A DNA stretch of 63,218 bases, the filler included, from Reclinomonas americana ATCC 50394 (lineage: Eukaryota), in NCBI GenBank assembly GCA_048213135.1. It is 5 parts of 5 records of this genome, joined end to end, with 100 filler letters (N's around TTAATTAATTAA, not from the genome) between each part and the next. Parts side by side here need not be neighbours in the genome. Positions count along the whole stretch, not along the records: positions 1 to 29,117 come from PS015703.1; 4 more parts are not named here. The stretch is one strand, 5' to 3'. The notes under the pieces are model-generated. The model did not search any database. It was not told where the DNA came from and was given only the letters and a program-made list of their open reading frames with translations. Every line of letters starts with the position of its first letter. The stretch's first letter is position 1. The position numbers and the translations under genes were made by a program. Of this stretch, positions 12,080 to 24,100 are shown one piece after another.

Positions 12080-15000
12080 CTAGCAATCACCCGCCCCGGG
12101 GCGAGGCCCGCGAGGTGACTGACGCTCGCCAAAAATCTTCGAGTCCCACATTGCCGACGACGAGAGCGACACCGACCGCTGCATGTCACTGTCTGTAGCC
12201 GCCGTGGCGTCGCCCGAGACAACCGAAGCGATGGAGTCGATGCGAACAACGACCGTGTCGGGGTCTTCAGGTTCCGAGACCGCCACCGTGTCGGGCGCAA
12301 GATCTCCTTGCAGCAGTCGCTTAATGGCGGGCGAAAGTACCTGCTTCGACTTTTTGGCGCGCTTCTCGGCCATCTCCAGCGGCGTCTGCCTCTCGTGTGT
12401 GTCGCTCATGGTCACCATGTGCGGGAAACGCTCCACCAGCATGCGAATGATGGTCTACGCCGGTGTAGCGGTGTGAGTGCGAGGCAGAGCGTGTGCGTGT
12501 GTGCGACTGGACACGTGCACTCACCTGGCGGGGGCGAACGAAGGCGGCCGAGTGAAGCAGAGTAAAACCCCACCCAGTGACCTGCTGAAAGATCTCGGGC
12601 GGAATCACGTCGGGTGGCGATTCGAGGAAGACCTTCAGCACCTCACAGTTGCCGGACGCAGCTGCAGTGTGCACTCTGTGTGCATGGTGAGATGCTGGGC
12701 AGTGAACACCCAGCAACGGCGCGTGTGCACGCAACGGAGTACAGTTCTTGCTGTCGGGGATGCAGACAAGTGGCGGTGATCCAGGCGGCGGCGGCAAGTG
12801 CAGCAACCACTGCGCCAAATCACGGGAGCCTTTCCTCGAAGCCGCGCAATGCAGCAGTGTGCGCTCATCAGCCGCACTGTGACGAGCATTGTAGATGGCC
12901 TCTGGTCCAAAGCGCGGATGCTCGGCCACCGCCTTGTGCAGCCGAGGTCCGCACCGATAGCTGGCCAGCACAAGCAACCGATTGATGTTGGTGGCGTCGG
13001 GGTAGTCTTCGTGCGGCCGCTGCTCCATGTGCTCCAGCAGGGAGAATGTCATGCGCGGCTGACCCACTGTGTGTTGCGAGGCAGCGGGTAAGATGAGAAG
13101 ACGAGGTGATAAGTGATGCACGCAGTGCGCAACTGCCAGCCGCCCAGTCAATCGGCAACTCAAGCTCCGGACTAGCGTCGAATTGGCTCTGCGAGCGAGA
13201 AGCTGCACCTGGTGAAGCCAAGACACCAACTGGAGCCCCCTTCAGCGGCGGAGTGTTTGGCGGTCGTCGAGCATACAGCAGATTCGGATCGATCCGCAGC
13301 AACAGGTTCATCGTTTGCAGATTGCCATCGGTGTCCCACCCAGCGCACAAGTGTGCCGCATTACGCGACAGCATGTCACTACAAATACACGCGAAATGGT
13401 AAGGTATTTGCCAAGCAAAAGCGATCTCTCCAGTGTCGACGTACCGCTCATGCAATGCTGTCACCAGCAGGTCGCGCCTGTCGACTTGTTCACTCGAAAG
13501 GAAGGCGTCTACCGACCGGATAATGCACTCGCGACCTAAAATGCGCGGTGAGTAAGTGGTCACGCACGCACACAAAGAAACAGACGCTGCAACACACCCC
13601 ACATCGAGGCAACCGAGATCACATTGTGACCGCGCAAGTTGCACACGGTCATCAACTGGGGATCCGTCCGCAGCAGCTCCATCACCACATCGACGTGGCC
13701 TTGTCGAGCGGCCAAGTGAACTATGTGTGCGGCGCACGCAAAACGATGAGTACCAGAACAGGTAGAGGGTGCAGATGACACATGCACGCACTCGGCAAGT
13801 TGCCGGATGTGTTTGGTTCGCGAACACTTGCGCCGTGTCTAATGAGTGCCCGCACGGCTTCCACATGACCACTGCCAATGTAAAAGTCAGTACTCACAGT
13901 CTATCCAGGGAAAGGGGCAGGCGATGGGAAGCGCAACTTGGTGGCCGCCACGTGCAGCGGCGTGTCACCACTGTTGCCGAGTTTTGCATGCAGCAAGGAT
14001 AGACGCGGATCCGCTGGCGCCTCCATTCCCTCAACAACGGCGTGCAATGACGCAGAGGGAATGGTCGCGATCAGCGCGTCGATCATCTGCACATGGCCAT
14101 CGAAGGCGAGCCAATGCAGTGGAGTGTAGCCGAGCTTGTAGTCTTCACAGATGCGGAACTGGTGGCCGGCATACTGCAACAGGGTGATAAATGCCGCACT
14201 GTCGACTGGCAAATCACGCCAACGAGCAAAGGAGCGCGCAGCCATCGGGAACTCCTCCAGGAACGAACTGAGCACTTTGCAGATGCTGTTGCTGACGGAT
14301 GCCGTAAACGGTTCCATGAGCAGCAGAAACTCGTCCAGTTGATCAATCCACAGATCGTCATCGCCCTCCGGTGCTGCAATGTCTCGTCCAGGTCAGTAGA
14401 GCGACAAGAGACACAGAAATGGACCAGACATGTAACGCACGTGGAGTGCAGCACCACGCATAGACTCCAAACGGAATGAGCATTGCTTCGAATTCGCTGC
14501 AGAGAAGATCAGTGCTGTTCGCGTTCAGTTGGGGCGACCGCATCTTCAGCTTCCAGATATCGACCAGAACTTGTGCCTGTACACGAGAGTGAGGCGCGCT
14601 TCAATGACTGTGCGGCTGTTGATCGCCAGTCATCAAGCCATCAAACGTACCATGGATCTCCAGTATCCAGCAGGCTCACCGGCGCCACTTGACGACGAGG
14701 CTGTCGGCGACGATGCCCCTTGTGGCTGCCGTGGGTCCAATGCGGCCATGCGGAAAAGGTCGACCCTCGCGTCATGCAAGAATGGAAAGCGCGTCAAGTA
14801 CGAGCGACCGCGCAGCTCGACGTAGCGGGCGGCGGCATCCACAAGCTTTCGCTGCAATCAACCAACACGACGCTTGGTGAGACTGATACAACGGGAGTGA
14901 GACACACGGCAGCAGCGCGCAGCAAACCGATTTCTTCTCCCAGTGGTTGAACCAACGGTCGCAGAACTGATGCCACAGAGCAGAGACCAATGCTTGGCAC

Positions 15001-18000
15001 AACTGCCCAGAAGGATGCAAGAAACAGTAGTATTCATGACCACGGTCGAGCTCCGACAGCCAGCGAGCGAGAGGAGGCACAATCCGCAGGGTCTCCACAG
15101 ACTCCTACACAAAAGCCAAGGGTCAGCGGGAGCGCATTAACAACATGCGTGGCTGTGGCGCAGGCGCACCGAGCACACAACGCCGAGATCGTCAGAGGAT
15201 CGGCGAATCAAAAACCGCTCAGTGTACGAGAGGCAACGCTTCAGGCTCCTGGCGTCCCAGCGACTTCTCGGCTGAAGCATGAACAATGCGTCGAGCAGTT
15301 CCTTTTCCGACAACGGTGTTGGCGATGCTGTCACAAAAACAAATGACGGTCAGCTCCCTCGCGCATGGCGCTGATAATTGCGGCTGTGGTGCCTCACGCA
15401 ACTCAGCAGCACTTCGAACATGGGTTGCACTTCAGCGAATGAAACCCTGCTGGGATCCAGTGCGAGTGATGGAGACAAATCTGCAATGGGCACTGGCGAC
15501 GGCGCCGGAGTCGATGACACGCATCGAGAAAGCCGCTGCACAATTTCCTCAACAAGAAGTGCTTGTGGAGTGCGGAGTCCAATTCCCAGCTTCTCGGCAA
15601 TCTTCTTGCACTGTCCAACTTTCGAGTAGTCAGCAGCAAACAGTGCCGGTGGCTCCTCAATCTCGTTGAGTTTCTCCGACATTTGGTCCATACGAGCCGG
15701 ATCGAGACCGAGACCACCCAAGACGTCAAGCCATGAGATGCCTGGCACCTCGCTCTCGTCCTCAAAGCTGAAGTTGGAAAACGACTGCACAAACATTTCT
15801 TCGTAGATGGTATCGAGCTGCACAAAGAGAATCAGCACTGATCAATGCGGACAGACAGTGTCACACACATACCTCCTTTGGCAGGTGCTTCAGATCGGAC
15901 GTGGAACTGGCCACAATCTCCAGAATCTTGCTCAGGTAACGGAAGTTGTGGTTCGCCACGCGGCACAATTCGCACTGGCCGAGACGCACTCGCAACTCCT
16001 GTGTGGCTGCTGATGAGTCTCGTGAATTGTTGGCTTTCGGTGCCCACTTTTTGACGGCGTGGCGCAGCCGAGGGTCTTCATCAACGGTGTGCCGGACGAA
16101 TTCCTCCGCATCCGATCGACTCTCCTTGTCTTTCGGATCACCCAGTGCCTTCGCGGTGAATGTCACCTGTAATGCACGGCGGTCAGAAAGCCATTGGTAT
16201 GTCGACTGACTCGCAAAAACGGTGACTCACCGATGGAGCTGCATGCAAGTACGAATGCGCCGCGGCTGACGATGAGGAAGCCGCGTCACAACGTAATAAG
16301 TTGTGCAGGAGTTCCATGTAGTCATCGGCCACAGTGAACACCAATCGGATCCACTGCGGAAAGTCGGCAACCCTGCACAACAGAGTGAGAGAGCAACGAT
16401 GAGCATACGCACAAGAGAAAGACGGGGACAAGGAAGAGTGCAAACGAACATTTGACGCATGAGCCTCAACAGCTGCTTGTACGATTCACGCGCTTCTTCG
16501 GGCACCCTGTCCTCGGCCACGAGTCCATCAATGACAAGAATCATGGGCTGTGTGCGCACATACACAAACAGAGTGAATTAGTCCATTGGATGGCGCGCCA
16601 AGCACACTGCAGCTAGGTACCTGTCGACGCGTGTCTGGTAGGTAGGCGAGAGGGTCCTTGACGAGCCACGTCCAGTCTGCAGAACGCTCATTGTCGTACA
16701 CGTCACCATTCTCGCGGAGAACGGAGGCCAGAGTTTCACGGAAGTTGGGAACGGTGCGAAGAAACATGGAGGTCACGCTCCGAATGAACATGTCGGTTGT
16801 CAGTGAGCGCGTCTCGCTGGCGTTCACAATGTAGAAACCCGCGATGCGATCCACCGGAACGACAATGTTATCGTAGAAGAAATCACCCTGCAAATGCGTG
16901 CATTAGCAATAGACAGCGAGTGTTCTGCCGAGTACAGGACGACCACGCACCTCAACATCGGTGTCGACACCTGGATACTTGTTGTGGACCAGAAACTTGT
17001 GGGCGATCTCGCACACCAACGCCGTCTTGCCGACGCCAACACCACCGTGCAACAGCAAGACGGGTCGTGGTCCATCCGCACACGAGGCTGATGCCGACGG
17101 GTGAGACGACGACGGGAGAGGCGACTGGTCGCCAGTGCGGAAGTCTTCGATGGCGGCAAACACTGATCGACGACCGAAAAACGCGTTGCCTCGCCATCGC
17201 AGCAGATTCTTCTGGTACAACACAGCCTGCGAGTGACCATCCATGTTCTGTGACACCCTGTCGCTGCGCAGCGGAGGGCTAACGCGGATGTAATATGATG
17301 TGGGTGGTGATGCGAGTATCGTCGCGGTTGAGAGAAACACGAAGAAGCTCACCATGCACGATAGGCACTCGTCTCATACTCGCCGCGCACCACTGAAATG
17401 AATGGATGCTTCAAGAGCTCGTCCACCGTGGCCCGCTCCGATCTGGCACACGAGTGAAAATGAATGAGGCACGCATGAGCGAGATAGGCGGGGGCGCGGA
17501 CGCAACGGTTCTTCAACGAAGCACCGACTCAAAAAGCTCTTGGCCTCATCGCTAATGTCGTCGGGGATCTCAGGCAGAGCATTGGGCTCCGGGATGTTCA
17601 TGTTGCCGTTGGTGAGCATCTGCATACAAAGAAACGTGTTTGTCAGCGAATGATTGACGGCGCAGCACTCAGATAAGCGGGAAAACTGCAGTACCTCGAC
17701 AACAATGAAGCCGAGCGACCAAATGTCACTGAGCACCGTCGCACTGTGTTGCTTGCGAACCTGGAGAGAGTCACAGGTAAGGCATCACTGGGGAAGTGCT
17801 TGTGAGTCGACAAACAGTAGATGCACCTCTGCCAATACAAGAGATTTGAGTGAGCAAGTCACTAGCAGAAAGCAAGTATGTTATGCAGACAAACCTGGCG
17901 CCATGGCAAACGGGGATCCGCGGAACGTTTGGCGGGCATTGTAGGCTGCAGTTGGAATGGTCTTGCTCGTACCTGCCCACTGCGATGAGACGACAGAGCG

Positions 18001-19364
18001 AGGCGAAAAAGGAGACATTTCGAACACACCGAAGTCAAGCAGCCGCAATCGCACGACGCTCTTCAGCTTAGAGCCTTGCCTACGCGCTCGCTCCGATCGC
18101 CTGACGTACTCGACTACCACATTCTCGGACTGCAGGCGACATAGGATCAGTTGACATTGCAGGTGGAAACATTCGTCGCAGGAGTATTGCACCTTCAAGT
18201 CTCGATGCTGTCGTCAACGAAAGGGGTGAGATTATGAGGCACTGCACGAGAGGAAGAATCGAGTGGGGAAACAACACGAACCACCAGCTTCAGCTCCTGC
18301 AAGTGATGCAGCGCTTTGAGAAGCTGCCAAGTGAAGTGCGCCTGCAGCAGCAGCAGCAGAACCGATGCAAAGATGAGATACGAGACAGGAAGGGTGAAGA
18401 AAATCGTCACAGTGCTCACCGCTTGTCCCTCGTCCATTTCGTACCGCTGGATGAAGGAGAAGAGACTGCCCCCTTCGTAGAGCTCCGTCACTGTGCATCG
18501 CACAACGTCAGATCCACCACAACTGAACAGTGCGTGCTCAACCAACATCACCCGCACCGAGATAAGAGACTCCGGATCTGGCACGCAATGGCCGCTCCAG
18601 AATGTACGAGTCGCACAGATTCTCCTGTGGGCACTCCTGCAGCTTCTGTAACGCCTCCCGCTCCCTTTCCACATCCTCCGGTCGTGTCTACGCGCAATCG
18701 TTACACGAAAAGGAAAGGAAGAAGGTCCACAGAAGCAATCGTCGCCAACGTACCCCTGTTCGTGCCTGCGGACTGTTGTCCACCAGAATACGCTTGACCA
18801 CTGCCCATCGCGGAGGCTCGCCCGGTGGCATGTGATGATGCATTGGCGACGCAACGGCCTCCATGCGAGAAGGCGACGGAGCAGCCGCGGACGACGAAGA
18901 AGAGCCCATGGAGGACGGAGACAGGGGTGATGGATCGGGAATTATCACTGCCGAGGGCGCCCATGCCACTCCCTCTGATGCAGACTTGAATTCGGCAGTC
19001 CTCGCAGCTGCGTCCGTGGCCGAGGGGAACACGGGAGGTGGTGCGCACGCGTAGGAGGAGGATGCGGGTGGGGAGGAGGACGAGGAGGCGCCGGAGAGGG
19101 AGGCAGGGTCGACCCAGCGAGGTTCGCCAACCACGGGGACTTTGAAGACGGTGCCTATGGTGTGCGCATGTGATCAGAGCAGGGAGAAAAGAGAGAGAGA
19201 GCGAGAAGGGGAAGAGGAGAGACACACACCGAACTGGCCACCGTCGAGGTTTATCCACTTCTTGTCGTCTGTGCATGGAGTGAGAGTGAGAATGCGCAGG
19301 GAGCACAGAGAGAGTGTGCGTGTTGAGAGAAAGCACCATCTTCCAAGTGAACGACCCACGGCAT
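12080..19364 (-). CDS. Ser/Thr protein kinase - NACHT/TANC-like P-loop NTPase - ankyrin repeat fusion protein, many exons
   Basis: Kinase: DGGQFGTVFK, AVVK, HRDLK|SEN, DFG, APE, DIWSLG, LLKHPF. In-frame GT-AG splice (AYRAC-PPLRSD) into FFGRRSVF, Walker A GGVGVGKT, Walker B MILVIDGL, FPQWIRLVFT, NFRYL. Ankyrin repeats: YTPLHWLA, DTPLHVAA, HLAARQG, TLLHCAA, TPVHTAAASG. Confidence 0.85.
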
Positions 19365-19478
19365 TGTCTGACCGCTTCGTGTGCGTGCGTAATGCCGGAT
19401 TTGCTCCGTTCATGTCCTGTCATCATGTCGCGTTTCATTTTGTGTGGAAAACGCTTTCTCTCTCTCTTGCTTTCTTTC

Positions 19479-20045
19479 TCAAGGGTAATAGTCGACATCG
19501 GCGTCGAAACCACAGCCGTTGGTCAGGTGGTCGTCGTACTGCTTCATGGCCGGTTGAGACCAGCCCTGCATGGTATCAAACATGATTGTGTAAGCAAATC
19601 AGACGTGTCGGCGGATTGCATGCATGTGGCGAGTGTGCAGACGCAACTCCGAAGGCGTGGAAGTTGTTGTAATTCTGCGTTGGGAACACACGTGAGAGAT
19701 TAGTCTCGGTGACTGCAAAGAGAGAATGTGCGGACGGAGTCACCTGCTGCCCATCCCACGCCGCGTACCACAACGGGTGGCTGCTCACGCTGGTGCAGCT
19801 TTTGCCCGGAATGCGGCCCCACATGTATGTGGAGGCGTACACACCTGCGGTGGGAAGATGGTCAGTCGAAACCCATGAGGAAGGGGGAAAAGAGAGGTAA
19901 ACGAACCGACTTGACGGCCATGAGCGCCAATAGCGTTGGCCAGGTCGGCCAGGTACTCGCAGTTGGAGGCGTAGTCGGTGCCCCAGCCGCAGTTGTCGCT
20001 TGGGTTGTCCTCAATGTCGAGCCACACCATGCCGTACTTGATCTG
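19479..20045 (-). CDS. GH25-family lysozyme (protist/nematode type), 3' exons; 5' part lost in the gap
   Basis: YGMVWLDIED, GVYASTYMW, PLWYAAWDG, NF..FG|GWSQPAMKQY, CGFDADVDYYP*. Confidence 0.88.
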
Positions 20046-21179
20046 GGATGGAAAAAGGGAATGTGAGTGGAGGCCAAGAGGGGAAAGGGAAGGGGAGGAA
20101 GAGGGGAAAGGGAAGGGGAGGGAAGGGAGTGCACAAAGAGGAGCGACAAGACTGCCACTGGAATGCGCATGGAACAGCACAGAGGAGAGGGAGGGGGTAG
20201 GGGAGGGAAGGGAGGGGAATGCAAGCGGACGACACCACGAAGCATGAACGGCAGAGCACACAATCGAGAGCAACAAGGCTGCCACTGGAATGTGCATGGA
20301 ACAACAGAGGTGAGGCAACCGAGGTGACACGAGAAGAGAGGGAGGAAGAGCGAAGAGTGCAAGTGGAGAAAGACGAAGTCTGGCAAACGACGGAACGAAG
20401 AGAGGATGACAGAGCACACAACTGGGAGAAGCAAGGATGCCACTGAGGAGAGGGAGGGGGGAAGGAAGGGAGGGAGAGAGGCATGGTGGCTGATGGGGAA
20501 TAGAGCACACAAAGAGGAGCGACAAGGCTGCCACNNNNNNNNNNNNNNNNNNNNNNNNNNNNNNNNNNNNNNNNNNNNNNNNNNNNNNNNNNNNNNNNNN
20601 NNNNNNNNNNNNNNNNNNNNNNNNNNNNNNNNNNNNNNNNNNNNNNNNNNNNNNNNNNNNNNNNNNNNNNNNNNNNNNNNNNNNNNNNNNNNNNNNNNNN
20701 NNNNNNNNNNNNNNNNNNNNNNNNNNNNNNNNNNNNNNNNNNNNNNNNNNNNNNNNNNNNNNNNNNNNNNNNNNNNNNNNNNNNNNNNNNNNNNNNNNNN
20801 NNNNNNNNNNNNNNNNNNNNNNNNNNNNNNNNNNNNNNNNNNNNNNNNNNNNNNNNNNNNNNNNNNNNNNNNNNNNNNNNNNNNNNNNNNNNNNNNNNNN
20901 NNNNNNNNNNNNNNNNNNNNNNNNNNNNNNNNNNNNNNNNNNNNNNNNNNNNNNNNNNNNNNNNNNNNNNNNNNNNNNNNNNNNNNNNNNNNNNNNNNNN
21001 NNNNNNNNNNNNNNNNNNNNNNNNNNNNNNNNNNNNNNNNNNNNNNNNNNNNNNNNNNNNNNNNNNNNNNNNNNNNNNNNNNNNNNNNNNNNNNNNNNNN
21101 NNNNNNNNNNNNNNNNNNNNNNNNNNNNNNNNNNNNNNNNNNNNNNNNNNNNNNNNNNNNNNNNNNNNNNNNNNNNNNN

Positions 21180-24100
21180 CTGCTCACCGATCGATGTCGA
21201 CTGTGGTGGTGGCAGCGTCGACATCGACTGGCGGCGTCGGAGTGCCTCGAGTGGCTCTTTGTCGTGCACGTCAGACGAGTTTCGCGCATTGTTGTTTTTT
21301 TCGCGCGCGATCACTGCTCATTACGCTGTGCAGTTGTGTGCTGGTGAGCGGCGACAGTGGCGAGTGTGGTTTGCGAGTGCGTCGGAGGCGCCGGAGTGGT
21401 TGCAGGAGTTTGTGGGCGGTCGATTGGGAGTGCACAAGGCGGCGCAGTGGCAGCGGTGGGCGCGACGGGCGGTGGTGGAGTGGCAGGAGGCGGAGGACAA
21501 GTTGCGTGGGTGCGGTGTATGCAGCAGAGGTCGAGAAGGAGGTGCTGCTGAACGAGGTGAGCAGGGAGCGTCATATCGTGGACAAGTGGTTGGCTCCTGT
21601 GGAGGCGGCGATGGCGTGCTTGTCGCCTGGTGCGTTTCTCGTCTTGTGGTATGGTGTCGACGGGTTGATGCCTGACGAGTGTGGTTGTGCAGCGGTCACT
21701 GTGTATGCTGCGTCGTTGCGGAGGCACTTGTTTCGCCGTCGTCTCGTCTCGTCGTCGGCGTCACCGCTGGCGGATCGTGTGTTGCGGTGGCCGCCCCCGC
21801 AGAGCTCCTCTATAAGCGTGGCACGGCAGGTGGAGGTTGTGCAAGGTCCGTGCTTGCCTCTCTGACGAGCCCTCGTTGCTGCTCATCCTCTCATCCCAGA
21901 CGTCGGAGATGGAGACTCTTCCGATTCTGATAGACAACGGCTGATGGATCGCCTGTCGCAGCTGCCTCGGGGCAGTGGAGCGATCGGTTTGCTGTCTCTT
22001 TTGCAGTCGCTGAACAAGCCGGCGACGGATGCTGCAGAGGTGGAAAGAAAGGTGGTCGTCGCCGATGAGCTGCCGTTGAAGGAGTGGCTGCAGTCGGTGC
22101 TCGACACGGAGCTGGCGCACTGGCAGAGGTCAGCTGCCCTTGTCCTCTTCTAATTCCCCCAAAGGCTGACTGTGCCGCACAGTGGCGATCTCGTTGTGAC
22201 GTCGTCGGATCTGCAGCAGTACGCTGTCGCTCGCATTCGTGAGCGAGTGGCACGGGGTGCGTGCGTGTCGCAGGCAAGAGTTACGTCGCGAGGCATATGT
22301 GTGCGCAAGCACGCCCGTGCGCTCACCGCCGCACAGGTAGCGGCTCCTGGTGCCGCCTTGCAGACAGTGAGCACGTTTCTGCCTGATGTGCCGCCGACAC
22401 CGACAAATGCCGTGGCTGCCAGTGTGATGGGTCGTTTTCGTGCCGCACTGCCGGTACTGTTGACCGATCGCCGAAAACGGTCGGCAAAGCAGGAGTCTCG
22501 CCTTGGAGCGCGTTTCCTCAGACCACGCATCCCGCGATCTGTGCAATCTCGCGCGCGCGCCGTTGCACTTCGCAGTGACTCGCTGCTAAAGGACGTGTCC
22601 GCGGCGCAGGCCAAGGGTGAGTCTGTGGCGTGTGCACCATCTTGCTCTTTATTCTCTAATTCTCCTTGACAGTGTGGCCCAGTGTGCGTCAGGCGATGCT
22701 GCGTCGCTCGGACTTGGTCTTGCAAAGTGAGTGGTTCGCGGCATTTCGGCAACGGGAGGCAGCACGACATCGGGCGTGGATCGCGAATGACGAAGTGCAC
22801 AATGCGCCGCTTGCAGAAGATGGTTCGCATCTCGTTGCCTGCCTTTCTTCACGTAGTTTCATGTTACTGAGGGTCGTGCAGCTGTCGAACGGCTGACTGG
22901 CATGTTGGCGAGCCGGTGGACGCAGCGAATCTACACGACCATGCAGTACTGTTGCGGCTCGCATACGTCTCCCTTTCCAACTGCTGCCATTCACTCGCTG
23001 GCGACTGCAGTTGAGTATGTGGTGGAGACTGCCGAGGAGGGCGGCTTGGGTGAGGCGTTACGTGAGGCGTCGGTTGTCTCGTTGCAGGCGACCAAGTTAC
23101 GGCACACGTTTTTTGGACTGCTTTTCCACCATTCTCACTCGTGTGCAGTGCTGCTGCTCGTCTTGCGCGAATGGCCGACAATCTAGATCGGTTGCGTGCC
23201 CTGGTGTCCCAGTGGGCGTCGTCGTGCACCGTCTGGCGATCGAGGCCGCCATTGCCGACGCACGGGTGGCCTTCTGTCTGGCGCGCTTTCGAGGTGGGGG
23301 AATAGGAATGGAGACGAGAGAGTAGTCATGGCACTCACCTTTGTGGCGCCCAGTTGTGTTCGGCACTGTATCCCTCCTTTGATGTGCCGCGTGTGGCGCG
23401 CTTTGCACAATTCCTCTCGGTGGAGTCGGCGGTCGCGTGTTTCGTGCAGTGGGTGCATGAGGCGTCGGTGTTTGAGTGCGTGACGCACGGATGGTTTGTG
23501 ATGGCACGATGCACATTTCTGCCTTCTGCGTCATGGGAGAAGAAGGCTGCGCTGTGGACATTTCTCTTCCAGCTCTCGGCACTTGTGCAAATGCACGAAG
23601 ATGTGGTGGAGGAGAGTGCTCAGTGTGCCGTTGGTGTGTGCGATGCACTGGCTGAGTCGCCAGTTGCCTGGCACGACTGGTTTGTGGACGATCTGGAGAG
23701 GCGGGAGGAAAAGGATGAAAGCAAGGACAATGCTGCTCCGATTACATCATGGTCGCAGTTGTGCGCTCGATGGGATGCAAGGGAACGTGCCGAGTACGCC
23801 GCATTTGAACAGTGGCGGACGGCTCTTTGCATGTGTGCTCTCCCTGATGGGGAGACATTTATGGACGCGAATCATGAACGGGATGCGCAGGGAGCTCATC
23901 GGTTCGAGATCCTGGGACAGCAGGCGGCAGCGGTCAGTGGGGTTCTTGAGTTCTTCTGCACGGTGTATGTATTACATTGACCCACTCTCCTGCGGGTGCA
24001 GTGGATGGGAAGGTCGGAACTGCCGAATGCCGGTGCTGTTGGAAGTGCTCTCCGTTTGCTGATGCTGAGTTTGCACGTATCGGATGCCGAGACGTGGTTC

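Noticed and set aside
20120..20534. Short tandem repeats in introns (also 3236-3500, 44160-44400, 56950-57080) and poly-R/E/L/S ORFs over microsatellites
   Set aside because: Local slippage duplications and (CT/GA)n tracts with no coding or element hallmarks.
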